Shown: positions 10,745 through 20,983 of the stretch, one piece after another | How positions within the stretch are numbered: the first letter of the stretch is position 1 | Layout: each line of letters opens with the position of its first letter | Origin: Phycisphaerae bacterium | Lineage (GTDB): Bacteria; Planctomycetota; Phycisphaerae; UBA1845; Fen-1342 | Reading direction: 5' to 3' | DNA: 64,000 bases | Assembly: GCA_963675745.2 (NCBI GenBank) | Contig: CAXXWX010000003.1 | Span: 160,001 to 224,000 of the forward strand | Translations under genes and position numbers: made by a program | Notes under the pieces: generated by a model | The model's database searches: none | What the model was told of the DNA's origin: nothing | Seen by the model: only the letters and a program-made list of their open reading frames with translations

Positions 10745-10817
<73 letters not shown>

Positions 10818-10818
10818 A

Positions 10819-11319
10819 TCATAAGCCCCGCGACCCTGATGGGTTAGCGGGGCTTTTCATTGGGGGGCACCCTGCATCGGCTGACGGCATCGCTTCACGC
10901 GCCATCCCACATTCAGGGCAACGCTGGATGTCGTCGCCTAATCCTCGCAGCCAGTACCCGCACCTAACGCACACATCGAATCCGCGCTGGCGCGTAGCCC
11001 GGTAGACGCACGGCGCAAAGCGAATCCGCTGCAACACGGCACCGCCCCCGACGAAACACATCACGAAGAGGGCCACTGGAGCCCCGGCGCGAAACAGCGT
11101 ATGGATCAAACCGCCCGCGCCGATCAGCGAAGCGACCTTCCCCCCCACGTCGCTGGCGAAGAACACCGTGGCCAAATAAACGGCGGGCACAGCAAGATAG
11201 AGCGCGATGTTCCATTTGCTCGCCCACCACAGCTTCCACGCGTTGCGATGAATCGCCCGCCGATCCTGCCTGGTCAGCGGCAGGTCGCGATGGACATACT
11301 CGGGCCATACCCAGCTCAT
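10819..11319 (-). CDS. membrane protein with C-terminal zinc ribbon
   Basis: Two hydrophobic segments, CVRCGYWLRGL...RCPECG; ATGA overlap with the upstream gene. Confidence 0.75.
   Translation of the reverse strand: MSWVWPEYVHRDLPLTRQDRRAIHRNAWKLWWASKWNIALYLAVPAVYLATVFFASDVGGKVASLIGAGGLIHTLFRAGAPVALFVMCFVGGGAVLQRIRFAPCVYRATRQRGFDVCVRCGYWLRGLGDDIQRCPECGMAREAMPSADAGCPPMKSPANPSGSRGL
10823..10857 (+). terminator. hairpin/terminator after tRNA-Ala
   Basis: AAGCCCCGC...GCGGGGCTTTT stem followed by a T run. Confidence 0.65.
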
Positions 11320-11816
11320 TCCGTCTCTTCGCTCAGCTTCCATGCACAGCCGCATTCGGGGCAAAGCGTAGCCCCATCATCAGCATCCAACGGCAGCATA
11401 CGCAAGTCATACCCGCAGTGCGGGCAGCGGCGGTGCTCAAGCATCGCCGCGGCGATATGCCCAAAGCGCCTGCGCTTGACCACGTACCAGATGATCCATG
11501 GAACGGAACAGAGATAAAGCAGACCAGCGGACTTCGCATATGGGGCATCGCGGATGTCCCCAGTGATCAACGCGTGCGTAAAGAGACCGATCACGAGCAG
11601 CGCGCAGCAAAGGCCGCATATCAACGCCGCACGTTCCACGCCCTGAATGCGTACGCCTTTCTTATTCGCGATGGCTTTGAGCGTATCGGCTTCGATGACA
11701 TCGTGTCGGCGCAATAGGTGGAGGGCTACCGGATCAAGTTGCGTCACTCGGCGACCGCGGGCATCCTTGATTCTCCCGGCTTGCCGGACCGACAGTTGTT
11801 CGCGCTCATCCATCAT
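11316..11816 (-). CDS. membrane protein with C-terminal zinc ribbon
   Basis: Two TM segments, CPHCGYDLRML...CPECG. Confidence 0.75.
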   Translation of the reverse strand: MMDEREQLSVRQAGRIKDARGRRVTQLDPVALHLLRRHDVIEADTLKAIANKKGVRIQGVERAALICGLCCALLVIGLFTHALITGDIRDAPYAKSAGLLYLCSVPWIIWYVVKRRRFGHIAAAMLEHRRCPHCGYDLRMLPLDADDGATLCPECGCAWKLSEETE

Positions 11817-12175
11817 GTTCTCAGTGAAGGCGCTCCGATGATCCCGCGGCGAGTTACACGGCACGATCACTCTTCGTCGCGCGGAGCATCAACGTTCGCA
11901 TTGGCCTCCCGGGCAAGACACCGCGCGAGTCAACAGGCGATACCCCACCGTAATCGGACGTTCGCGTCAAGCCGGTTCTCGAATACGCTTGGCGTCGTGG
12001 GCGAGTGTTTAAAACCGGCCCGAGGATGTTCGGTTTACGCCGGATCAGCTCGTAGCCCCACGGGTACGACGCTTCGCGAGAGCCTGGGCGATCCTGCAAG
12101 CATATTGCACAAACCCGTTGCAGTTGCGGCGGGCAAACGGATAGGATTGAAGAATCCTGATACGGAGGGTTTACC

Positions 12176-13591
12176 GTGACCATGCGTTGTACGAACTTCG
12201 TTTCCGCATGCTTTATTCTCGCGCTACCAGCGGCCGGTCTGGGTGATGCGCATCAGCTCGAGAGGAGCGCAACCGCCCCCACGGCCTACATCGACGTGGC
12301 AACAGCCGCGGTTGTCGCGCAGCGGCACCTCGCGCACAGCGGTGCCGCCGACTCGTTTGGCGTGACCGGCATCCAGATGGTGCGCGATGCGGCGGACTCG
12401 GCCGTGCTGTGCTACTGCTTCGATCTCGCGCCGGCCGGATACGTGATTGTGGCGGCCGATGCGGCGTTGCCGCCAGTGGTGGCGTATTCGTTCACGAGCC
12501 CTGCGCCCTGCGACCTGGCATCCGGCACACCTATGGTTGATCTTCTCCGCTGGGACTTGGGGCGGCGCCTGGCACACGCCGAACTGGTGCGTGAAGACGT
12601 CGCACGCGAGATTCGCGACGCCTGGGTGACCAAGCTGACACCGACACCCACGGCCGGAGGTCGCGCGTTCGAGCAGTGGCCGCCGGCGGGCACGACGCCA
12701 ACGGGCGGCTGGCTGGAGGAGACCTGGACCCAGAACGCGCCGTACAACAATCTGTGCCCGATGGATCTAGCGGCGGGAGCGCGGAGCGTCGCCGGCTGTC
12801 CGTCGGTGGCGATGGCGCAGATTCTGGATTACCACGGCCGGCTGAATGCCACCAACTTCGACGATGGTGACGACTACTACCACAATTACGGGAGCAATCG
12901 GTTCTGGATTGACGACGCATACGTTGCACGCGACTTCCCTTCCTTCCCCCAACTCAACACGCACCTCGATGCGCTGTTTGATGACTACTTCCATGGCGCG
13001 ACACCATCGGACACGCACCGCGCGGCGCTCGTGTTCGCGTGCGGCGTCGCCGCGCGGCAGGTGTACAGCTCTTCCGGATCGGGTACCTTCGGCGTCAGCC
13101 AGGCCCTGGACGCCTACCAGAAGTTCAATTGCGAAACCGCCACCCTGCTGGACGACAGCGATCCCAACGTGTACTCCCGGCTCGCGCAGAACATGATCGC
13201 TGCCCGGCCCGCGCACCTGGCGGTTGTCGATCCGGGCTGGTCATACGGCCACAACCTGGTGGTCGATGGCTACAACACCGATGGCTACTTCCATCTGAAC
13301 TTCGGCTGGGGCGGTAGCTACAATGGCTGGTACATCATCCCGAGCGGGATGCCATACGGCCTGACGGTACTCGAAGGTCTCGTGCTGGACATCATGACAA
13401 TGCCGTGCGCGGCGCTGGACTGCACATGCGACGGATCGGTGAACCTGCAGGATTTCGCGTATTACGAGGGCTGCCTTTCGGGCCCCATGAGTCCGTTCGT
13501 CTCCCCAGGTTGTGTTGCCTTCGATGCTGACGACGATACGGATGTCGACCTGCTCGATTTTGGCCTGTTCCAGGTTGCATTCGATGGCTGA
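12176..13591 (+). CDS. C10 family cysteine peptidase (streptopain-like) with propeptide and dockerin-like tail
   Basis: Signal peptide; GYVIVAAD...VVAYS propeptide; WTQNAPYNNLCP, AGCPSVAMAQI, GHNLVVDGY, HLNFGWGG; tail DADDDTDVDLLDF. Confidence 0.9.
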   Translation: MTMRCTNFVSACFILALPAAGLGDAHQLERSATAPTAYIDVATAAVVAQRHLAHSGAADSFGVTGIQMVRDAADSAVLCYCFDLAPAGYVIVAADAALPPVVAYSFTSPAPCDLASGTPMVDLLRWDLGRRLAHAELVREDVAREIRDAWVTKLTPTPTAGGRAFEQWPPAGTTPTGGWLEETWTQNAPYNNLCPMDLAAGARSVAGCPSVAMAQILDYHGRLNATNFDDGDDYYHNYGSNRFWIDDAYVARDFPSFPQLNTHLDALFDDYFHGATPSDTHRAALVFACGVAARQVYSSSGSGTFGVSQALDAYQKFNCETATLLDDSDPNVYSRLAQNMIAARPAHLAVVDPGWSYGHNLVVDGYNTDGYFHLNFGWGGSYNGWYIIPSGMPYGLTVLEGLVLDIMTMPCAALDCTCDGSVNLQDFAYYEGCLSGPMSPFVSPGCVAFDADDDTDVDLLDFGLFQVAFDG

Positions 13592-13763
13592 TTTCGGCCT
13601 GTCGCGCTGGTGATTCCACGGGGATCGCCAGGAAATCAAATCGAAACGCCAAACTCACTTGCCGAGCACCGATTGACGCCGGTATACCTGTCCTTTGGCG
13701 GCCGGGACCAGGTCTATGGTGACGCTCGGCCACGGCAGAGGTGGCGGCAACGCGGAGGCGTTA

Positions 13764-15071
13764 GTGACATCGCGATTGCGAGTGCGACAGCGGTTGGGCA
13801 AATACCGGATCGATCGGCAACTGGCCGAAGGTGGCTTTGCCACCGTCTACCGGGCGTATGACACGATCGCCGGCATTCCGGTGGCGCTCAAAGTGCCGCA
13901 CCCGGGTCTGATTACCAAGGAGACGCTGGAGGGTTTTCGCAGAGAGGTTCGGCTGACAGCCGGCCTCGACCATCCCAACATACTCCAGGTAAAAGACGCC
14001 GGGTTCATCGACAATCAGTTCGTCATAGCCTACCCACTGGGCAAAGAGACGCTCGGCGATCGCCTTAGCCGGCGCACATCCGCCCGTACGATGATCAGCC
14101 TGGCTGAGCAGATGCTGGAGGCGGTGGCCTGTGCGCATCGGAAGCGTATTCTGCACGGTGATCTCAAGCCGGAGAATTTCATCCTGTTCCCCGGAGACCA
14201 ACTTCGCCTGGCCGACTTCGGGATTGCCCGGGTGGCCCGCAGAACACTGGCGGCGTCCGGATCAGGCACCGTCGGTTACCTGGCCCCCGAGCAGGCCATG
14301 GGTAAGCCGTCACGCCGTTCGGACGTGTTCTCACTGGGGCTGGTTCTATACCGGATGTTCTCCGGGTATCTGCCTGAGTGGCCGTTTGCCTGGCCGCCGC
14401 CTGGTTTCGACCGCGTGCGCAAGAACCTGCATGCCGACCTGGTCGGATTCCTGCGACGCTGTTTGGAGCTTGACCACCGCAAGCGCTTTGCTGATGCCAC
14501 GCGGATGCTCGCTGCGTTTCGCCGCCTCAAGCCGCGCGCTTTGCGCGGAACTCCCGTGCGACGCCGGTCGAAGTCCGCGAAGAAGCGCGCGGACTGGAAG
14601 ACTCTTCGGACGCGGGGTTTCCTGAAGGAGTACCGCTCGGTGCTGGAAGTGCGCGGGACCTGCGGCCGCTGCCACAACCCGGTCTCCGCAACCATGCAAT
14701 TCTGTCCGTGGTGCGGCTCAAAACGCCGGGTGACGGCGGACGAGAACCGCTTCCCCAAGCGGTGCCCGCGCTGCAAACGGGGGATGAAGACCGATTGGCG
14801 ATTTTGTCCGTGGTGCTATGGTGCCGCCGTGAACCCGAATGCCGCACGACCGCGTTCGGACGTTCGCTACACGGGTCGGTGTACCAATCCCCGCTGCGAG
14901 GGCAAGGATCTCATGCCGTTCATGCGCTACTGCCCCTGGTGCCGGCGCAAGGTCCAGCGCGTCTGGAAGATTGAGGGTGCGAAGGACAAGTGTCAGCGGT
15001 GCGGTTGGGGCGTGCTGCGCGACTATTGGGACCACTGCCCATGGTGTGGCAGTTCCATAAGGCGCGGCTGA
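13764..15071 (+). CDS. Ser/Thr protein kinase with C-terminal multiple zinc ribbons
   Basis: LAEGGFATVY, VALK, HGDLKPEN, DFG, GTVGYLAPE, DVFSLG; four CxxC...CPWC repeats; GGAGG RBS before GTG 13764. Confidence 0.9.
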   Translation: MTSRLRVRQRLGKYRIDRQLAEGGFATVYRAYDTIAGIPVALKVPHPGLITKETLEGFRREVRLTAGLDHPNILQVKDAGFIDNQFVIAYPLGKETLGDRLSRRTSARTMISLAEQMLEAVACAHRKRILHGDLKPENFILFPGDQLRLADFGIARVARRTLAASGSGTVGYLAPEQAMGKPSRRSDVFSLGLVLYRMFSGYLPEWPFAWPPPGFDRVRKNLHADLVGFLRRCLELDHRKRFADATRMLAAFRRLKPRALRGTPVRRRSKSAKKRADWKTLRTRGFLKEYRSVLEVRGTCGRCHNPVSATMQFCPWCGSKRRVTADENRFPKRCPRCKRGMKTDWRFCPWCYGAAVNPNAARPRSDVRYTGRCTNPRCEGKDLMPFMRYCPWCRRKVQRVWKIEGAKDKCQRCGWGVLRDYWDHCPWCGSSIRRG

Positions 15072-15130
15072 ACAGCGGCGAATTCGCGCGTGTATCGAGC
15101 GCATCGCGCGCGGAATGTATGATTACCTGA

Positions 15131-15487
15131 ATGCCCGGCTTGTTTGATGGAACACCGTTGGAACGCCCCGTTACCTGCGAGGTTTGCGGCCGCGCTTTGA
15201 CGGAGTGCGCCTGCCCGCGCGACGAATCCGGCGCGGTCCTGCCCCCCAGTGCACAAGCCGCCCGCGTCGGCCTTGAGAAACGCCGCAAGGGTAAGGTCGT
15301 GACCGTTGTCTCCGGGCTCAACCCGTTTGCGTCAGACTTGGCGGCCATGCTGGCTCGGCTGAAGTCCGCCTGTGCCGCCGGCGGCACAATCAGCGCTGGG
15401 AAAGTCGAGATCCAAGGTGATCATCGCGAGCGCGTCTTGTCGATTCTGCGCGATCTCGGCTACCCGGCCAAGCTGAGCGACGGCTAG
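15131..15487 (+). CDS. yciH: translation initiation factor SUI1/YciH family with N-terminal Cys cluster
   Basis: EKRRKGKVVTVVSGL, LKSACAAGGT, VEIQGDHRE. Confidence 0.88.
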   Translation: MPGLFDGTPLERPVTCEVCGRALTECACPRDESGAVLPPSAQAARVGLEKRRKGKVVTVVSGLNPFASDLAAMLARLKSACAAGGTISAGKVEIQGDHRERVLSILRDLGYPAKLSDG

Positions 15488-15751
15488 GGTGCTGGCGACG
15501 CTGCGCTGCGCGTGGCGGCCTGACGGCTGGGACTATGCGGCACGCTCGTCGAGCGACTGTCGGTCCGGGCCGCCCGTCCCGCGACGATTATGGCGACACG
15601 ACGGGTCGCGTTAGTCCCCCGCCCCATCGCTCACGTATCGCCTGCCACAGTGCTTATTGTCCCGGGCCCACCGGCCGATAAGGACATTAGGCCCAGCGTG
15701 CGGCCCACTCCGTCGCCACGGAACAGGCAACCGCAGTCAAGGGGATTTGCG

Positions 15752-16387
15752 ATGGTCGGTATCGGAACCGGATGTTTCATGCAGCTTCCTGGCAACTCCA
15801 AGCAACGCGTTCTGCACCCTGTGCGTGTGATCGGGTTGGTCGATGAGACCTATACCGTCGAAGCGCAGGAAGACGACCTTCTGGTCAAGCCGAACATGGA
15901 CGTTGTGCTGTACTTCGAGCAGAACCGCGAGTTCATGCAACAACCCGGGCGGATCGAGGCCGTTGATGATGCCGCAGGCGGGGGCGGATCACAGTCTCTG
16001 ATCAGCCTCAAGGTAACCGGCACGCCGGTCTCAGCCGAGAGTCGCCAGGACTATCGTGTCTCGAGCGTGATCACAGGTTACCGGGCGGATGTGAACGCCG
16101 AGAAGGCCTGCCAGGTATTGGATGTCAGCAGAACCGGCTTGTCCGTCGTGTGCACGGCCGGCTACACGATCGGCAGCCTGGTCGATGTATCGATCGTCGA
16201 GGATGGCAACACCCACTCCGGCAGCGCCTGCGTACAGAGTGTCCGTGACCTGGGCAAGGGGCAGACGCGTTATGGTCTTTACTGCGTAGACGACCGGAAA
16301 TCACAAGGCACGCTGGCCGAGGGGCTTCAGCAGGCCAGCATGCGCCTTCAGCGCGACCAACTCCGTCGCCTGGCAGGTATCGTGTAG
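15752..16387 (+). CDS. PilZ domain-containing protein
   Basis: ESRQDYRV (RxxxR) and DVSRTG (DxSxxG) motifs. Confidence 0.78.
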   Translation: MVGIGTGCFMQLPGNSKQRVLHPVRVIGLVDETYTVEAQEDDLLVKPNMDVVLYFEQNREFMQQPGRIEAVDDAAGGGGSQSLISLKVTGTPVSAESRQDYRVSSVITGYRADVNAEKACQVLDVSRTGLSVVCTAGYTIGSLVDVSIVEDGNTHSGSACVQSVRDLGKGQTRYGLYCVDDRKSQGTLAEGLQQASMRLQRDQLRRLAGIV

Positions 16388-16579
16388 CCCTAACACGCGG
16401 CGTCAACACGGCCGGTGGTTCGCCTCTGACGACCGCCGCTACATCGTCTGCAACAACGACTTGCCAGACGCGGGTCCCGTCTTGCGGCGTTGACTCCTAG
16501 CGCGGCGCCATCTCTGCTTCCGAATCATCAGCCAACCGCCGGTGGCTTGTGTCGTCGCCGGCCATTACGATGCCGGGCT

Positions 16580-17155
16580 ATGAGCAGAAAAGCCCGCGTA
16601 AGACGCCGCCGCTGGTTCTATGTCTGGATGCTGCCCCTCGTGTGGACGCTGGCAAGCTTCGCCGGGGTGTACTATCCGGGCGATGAGTACGGACTCTGGT
16701 GTATCGGATCTTTGGCTGGTATCTGGATCATCTTCGTTGTAGAGAACCTCGACCGCGGCTGGCGCCTCCTGCCGTGCGTGCTGGCGGTGGGCGCGCTCAG
16801 CGTGGCGCTGGTTGGGTTGCTGCTCGACCTGCTGAGGACTCCCCGCCGCTGGTGGCTGATTCTGTGGCCTGTGACAGCGCTTGCAATCTGCACAGCGTCG
16901 ATTGCATCATTTCCATCCTACCAGCGCGCAATGAGCAAGAACGGTTCCTTACAGGCATACGTCTTCTTCTCCATGAACGCGGGGCTGTATGTCACCTGCG
17001 CGATCCTGCTGCTCGTTATGCCGGTGTGGCGGCTCCTGCATCGGCGGCCCCCGCCGGGGCACTGCGCGAACTGCGGCTACAATCTGACCGGCAACGTCAG
17101 CGGCCGTTGTCCCGAGTGCGGTCAGACACTGCCCGGCGAGGTCTCGCAGACATGA
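16580..17155 (+). CDS. multi-pass membrane protein with C-terminal zinc ribbon
   Basis: About five TM segments; PPGHCANCGYNLTGNVSGRCPECG. Confidence 0.75.
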   Translation: MSRKARVRRRRWFYVWMLPLVWTLASFAGVYYPGDEYGLWCIGSLAGIWIIFVVENLDRGWRLLPCVLAVGALSVALVGLLLDLLRTPRRWWLILWPVTALAICTASIASFPSYQRAMSKNGSLQAYVFFSMNAGLYVTCAILLLVMPVWRLLHRRPPPGHCANCGYNLTGNVSGRCPECGQTLPGEVSQT

Positions 17156-17176
17156 CGAGGTTGCGATGAGAGATCC

Positions 17177-18988
17177 ATGGCCACACTGTTGAACTGTCGC
17201 GCGGTCGCGAAGTCCTTCGGTGCGCGCGCACTCTTCGAGGGTCTTTCGATCGCGTTCTCCGACGGCGAGCGCATCGGCTTCTTTGGGCCCAACGGGGCGG
17301 GCAAAACCACGTTTCTCAGGATTCTGGCCGGGCTGGAAGCCGTCGACGGCGGCGAGGTCAGCCGGCGCAGATCGGCACGCATCGCTTATCTCCCGCAGGA
17401 AGATCGATTCGAACCCGGTGCGACGGTGAGAGCGGTGCTGTCCAAGGCCATCGCCGACGAGTATCCGCAGCCGCACGAGCGCGACACCCAGGTCAACATC
17501 ATGCTCAGCCGGTTCGGCTTTCAAAAGGAGCATGAGTCCGTCGAAGATCTGTCCGGCGGCTGGCGCAAGCGCACGGCACTGGCCCGCGAGATGATTCGCA
17601 AGCCGGACCTGCTGCTGATGGACGAGCCAACGAATCACCTCGATCTAGAGGGCATCGTCTGGCTAGAGGAAATGCTGCTCGCGGCCCCGTTCGCTTTCCT
17701 GGTGGTCAGCCACGACCGTTATTTCCTCGAACGCGTTTCGAATCGGGTGGTTGAGCTAAATCCGATCTACCCGGACGGCTTTTTCAGTTCGACCGGGTCA
17801 TATGGGATGTTCCTCGAGAAGCGGGCCGACTTTCTCGAATCACAGCAGGCCCAGCAGGCCACACTCGCGAACATCGTCAGGCGCGAAGCCGCCTTCCTCA
17901 AATCACACGCCAAGGCGCGCCGGTCCAAGTCAAAGTCTCGTATCGACCAGGCCTACCGCCTGCACGACGAGTTGCAGAGCCTGCAAGAGCGTACCGGCCA
18001 GACCACGGCGGCCGGGATCGACTTCGCCGGCACGGGCCGCAAGACGCGGAAGCTGATCGAAGCCAAGGGCCTTGCCAAAACGCTTGGCGGACGCCAGCTA
18101 TTCAAGGACGTTTCGCTGCTGCTCTCACCCGGTACGCGCCTGGGCCTGCTTGGCGCGAACGGCAGCGGCAAGACCACCTTGATCCGTGTGCTGGCCGGCG
18201 ATTTGCCGCCGGATGAAGGCACTACAAAGCGGGCTGAAGACCTGCGCGTGGTCGTGTTTGACCAGCGGCGTGAGGAGCTTCCGCAAGAGGTCACGCTGCG
18301 GCACTCCTTGTCGACCGACAGCGAGTTTGTCGATTTTCGCGGGCGTCCCATCCATGTCACGGCCTGGGCCAAGCGGTTCCTGTTCCGCCTCTCACAGCTT
18401 GATATGCCGGTCGGCGAGCTGTCAGGCGGCGAGCAGGCCCGCATCCTGATCGCGCGGCTGATGCTCCAGCCCGCCGATGTGCTGATCCTCGACGAGCCGA
18501 CCAATGATCTCGACATCAACTCGCTCGATGTGCTCGAAGAGAGTCTGAACGAGTTCCCTGGCGCGATCGTGCTGGTCACGCACGACCGCTTCATGCTCGA
18601 CCGGATCTGCACCGAGGTGATCGGGCTCGACGGCGCGGGTCACGCGGGGTGGTACGCCGACAGCGCCCAGTGGCAGGCAGCCATGGCGCGCCGTGGCCAG
18701 CCGCCGGAGAAGGACAAGGCCGGGCCCAAGCCAGCGAAGAAGAAAGTCAGTCGCGATGGCCTGACGTCCAGCGAGCGGAAGGAGCTGAAGGCGATGGAGG
18801 AGACCATCCACCAGGCGGAAGAACAGGTGGAGCGGTGTCGCCGGGAGTTTGACGAGTTGGAAGACGCCTCGGACCACGTTGAGTCACAAAAGCGCTGGGC
18901 CAAGTTGGAAGCGGCCCGTCAGCGCGTAGCCTCGCTTTACACCCGCTGGGAGGAGCTGGAAACCAAGGCAAACCAGGTCACCCTGTGA
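17177..18988 (+). CDS. uup: ABC-F family ATPase (Uup-like)
   Basis: Two ABC domains (GPNGAGKT/LSGG/DEPTNHLD; GANGSGKT/LSGGE/DEPTNDLD), no TM, C-terminal coiled coil ending RWEELE. Confidence 0.85.
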   Translation: MATLLNCRAVAKSFGARALFEGLSIAFSDGERIGFFGPNGAGKTTFLRILAGLEAVDGGEVSRRRSARIAYLPQEDRFEPGATVRAVLSKAIADEYPQPHERDTQVNIMLSRFGFQKEHESVEDLSGGWRKRTALAREMIRKPDLLLMDEPTNHLDLEGIVWLEEMLLAAPFAFLVVSHDRYFLERVSNRVVELNPIYPDGFFSSTGSYGMFLEKRADFLESQQAQQATLANIVRREAAFLKSHAKARRSKSKSRIDQAYRLHDELQSLQERTGQTTAAGIDFAGTGRKTRKLIEAKGLAKTLGGRQLFKDVSLLLSPGTRLGLLGANGSGKTTLIRVLAGDLPPDEGTTKRAEDLRVVVFDQRREELPQEVTLRHSLSTDSEFVDFRGRPIHVTAWAKRFLFRLSQLDMPVGELSGGEQARILIARLMLQPADVLILDEPTNDLDINSLDVLEESLNEFPGAIVLVTHDRFMLDRICTEVIGLDGAGHAGWYADSAQWQAAMARRGQPPEKDKAGPKPAKKKVSRDGLTSSERKELKAMEETIHQAEEQVERCRREFDELEDASDHVESQKRWAKLEAARQRVASLYTRWEELETKANQVTL

Positions 18989-19307
18989 CGAGCGAAGATA
19001 GCCCAATTGGAGTGTTGAACTGGTTGCGTAACGCCCATGGCGGCATGCATGGCATGTGATCGCCGCATCGGGCTGGCCGGTCGGCTTCAGCCGACCAGAC
19101 CTTGCCACCAACTTCAGTTGGTGGACCGAAGGATTCTCTGGTTTTCCTCGACAGAAACCCGGCTTCAGCCGGGCTTCCGACGGCCCGGCGCGAAGCGCGC
19201 GGGAGCCAGCTAACTGAACCGCCGCCAGTTTGTTTCCAACGTCCCCGGCAACGCCCGTCACGCGTCCCACGGGCATGCCACGCCTGCCAGCACAACGTCC
19301 GCCGGCC

Positions 19308-20285
19308 CTATCCCGCGCTAAACGCCTCGCGCAAATAGCTCACGTCTTCACCGCTCAGCGGCTTGCCGGCGGCGGCTATGTTGCACGAAACCTGCGTGGT
19401 GTTACGGAAGCCGGGGATGACGCAGCCGACGTTGTCGTGGGCCAGGATGTATTGCAGAGCGACACGCGCCAGTTCGTTGGTCGTGGAATCAAAGCGCTGT
19501 TTGACGCGCTCTACGCCGGCGTTGGCCTTGCGGATGCCGTCCGCCGAGAACATCTCCCGGCCGCGACGAAAATCGCCCGGCTCGAAGTCCGGCGGGTTGT
19601 CCGCATCGTACTTGCCCAGCAGCAGACCCTGGGCCAGCGGGCTGAACGCCACAAACGACATCTGGTGCTCGGCGAGCAGATTCGCCACCGGGCTGTCGGG
19701 GCGAATGAACTGGTCGTCCATCATGTGCGCCCAGCTTTGCAGCACCGTCGGCTTGACTTTCGGTACCAGCCGGACAAAGTCGTCCGACGAGTACGCCGAC
19801 AGGCCGACCAGCCGGATCTTGCCCTCATCCCGCAGGCGTGAAAACATCTCAACGGCCTCGTCGAGATAGCAGTCGTCGGGGCCGAAGTTTCCGTGGTGGA
19901 AGTAATAGATGTCGATCGTGTCGGTCTTGAGGTTCCGCAGCGACTGTTCGCACTGATGGCGGATGTGCAGGGCCTCATAGGCATGTTCGGCGGTGCCGCG
20001 GAAATGGCCGACCTTGCTGGCGATGATCACGTCTTTGCGCCGCTCGCCGAGCGCTTTGGCCAGCATGCGTTCGGCGCGCCCGTTTCCATAAACGTCGGCG
20101 TTGTCGAAGTGGTTCACGCCGGCGTCGATGGACATGTGGATGGCACGAATCGCCTCATCTTCATCGACATCGGCCCATCCATTCGGCATGCCATCGACCC
20201 AGTTCAGTCCCCCGAGCGTCCAGCAGCCCAGGCTGACCTCAGACACGCGCACATCGCTGGTCCCCAGACGTCGGTATTCCATCAT
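19308..20285 (-). CDS. aldo/keto reductase
   Basis: YRRLG, LGCW, FDNADVYGNG, SLRNLKTDTIDIYYFH, FSPLAQGLL, VIPG. Confidence 0.93.
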   Translation of the reverse strand: MMEYRRLGTSDVRVSEVSLGCWTLGGLNWVDGMPNGWADVDEDEAIRAIHMSIDAGVNHFDNADVYGNGRAERMLAKALGERRKDVIIASKVGHFRGTAEHAYEALHIRHQCEQSLRNLKTDTIDIYYFHHGNFGPDDCYLDEAVEMFSRLRDEGKIRLVGLSAYSSDDFVRLVPKVKPTVLQSWAHMMDDQFIRPDSPVANLLAEHQMSFVAFSPLAQGLLLGKYDADNPPDFEPGDFRRGREMFSADGIRKANAGVERVKQRFDSTTNELARVALQYILAHDNVGCVIPGFRNTTQVSCNIAAAGKPLSGEDVSYLREAFSAG

Positions 20286-20400
20286 TGATCTCCTTTACGC
20301 GCCACGGCGCAGCGTGGCGTCATCGTTCGCGAGCGCCAGCAAAGCGCCACCGCCGCGGCGTGTGCCGCTGCCCTTGAGCAGTGCTTTTCCAACACGAACC

Positions 20401-20931
20401 TCACGGCTTCACAGAGCCGTGGCACACTGCCAAGCGACAGACCTTTCCTGAAACCGCTCCAGCGTTCGCGAGCGCCGACAAGCCGCGGTTGCCACCTTGG
20501 CTGGGGTCGTTCAGTCCGACAAGCTCCATGATCAGCCGCCAGCCGTGATAGACGAACTTCACGTCGGCGACGGTCTGCCACTGCTGCTGAGCCGCATTAT
20601 ACTCCTCGACCAGCTTGCGCACACGCCGACCGAGATGGTCGTACGTGAAATGCAGACGCAGATCTCCATCCGTCGGGTCGCCCACCGGATCGACGGCGAT
20701 CAGCCGATTCTCGGCGTCGTAGGCGAACAGCCGATCGAGCACGCCACTGCCGCCGGTGGCGGTGCCGATCAGCGTGAGAAACGCGTCGATGTCGCCGTTG
20801 TTGACATAGCCGTCGCCGTTGATGTCGGCCCGCAGACGATCGCAATTCGGGTATTGCTGTTCATAAGCGGTCGGATTGTTGATCGCCAGCAGAAACGGGT
20901 CGATATCGCCGTAGCCAATATGTTCCGGCAC
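20401..20931 (-). pseudogene. Rhs fragment with dockerin-like double EF-hand, lacking the core end and toxin tip
   Basis: GDIDPFLLAINNP...ADINGDGYVNNGDIDAF followed by FAYDAENRLIAV...YDHLGRRVRK, near-identical to the other two cassettes; ends in palindromic repeats. Confidence 0.8.
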
Positions 20932-20983
20932 GTGTTAGACCTACCGCGTGCTCACCGGCAACGCGCATTTTAATAAAATACCG

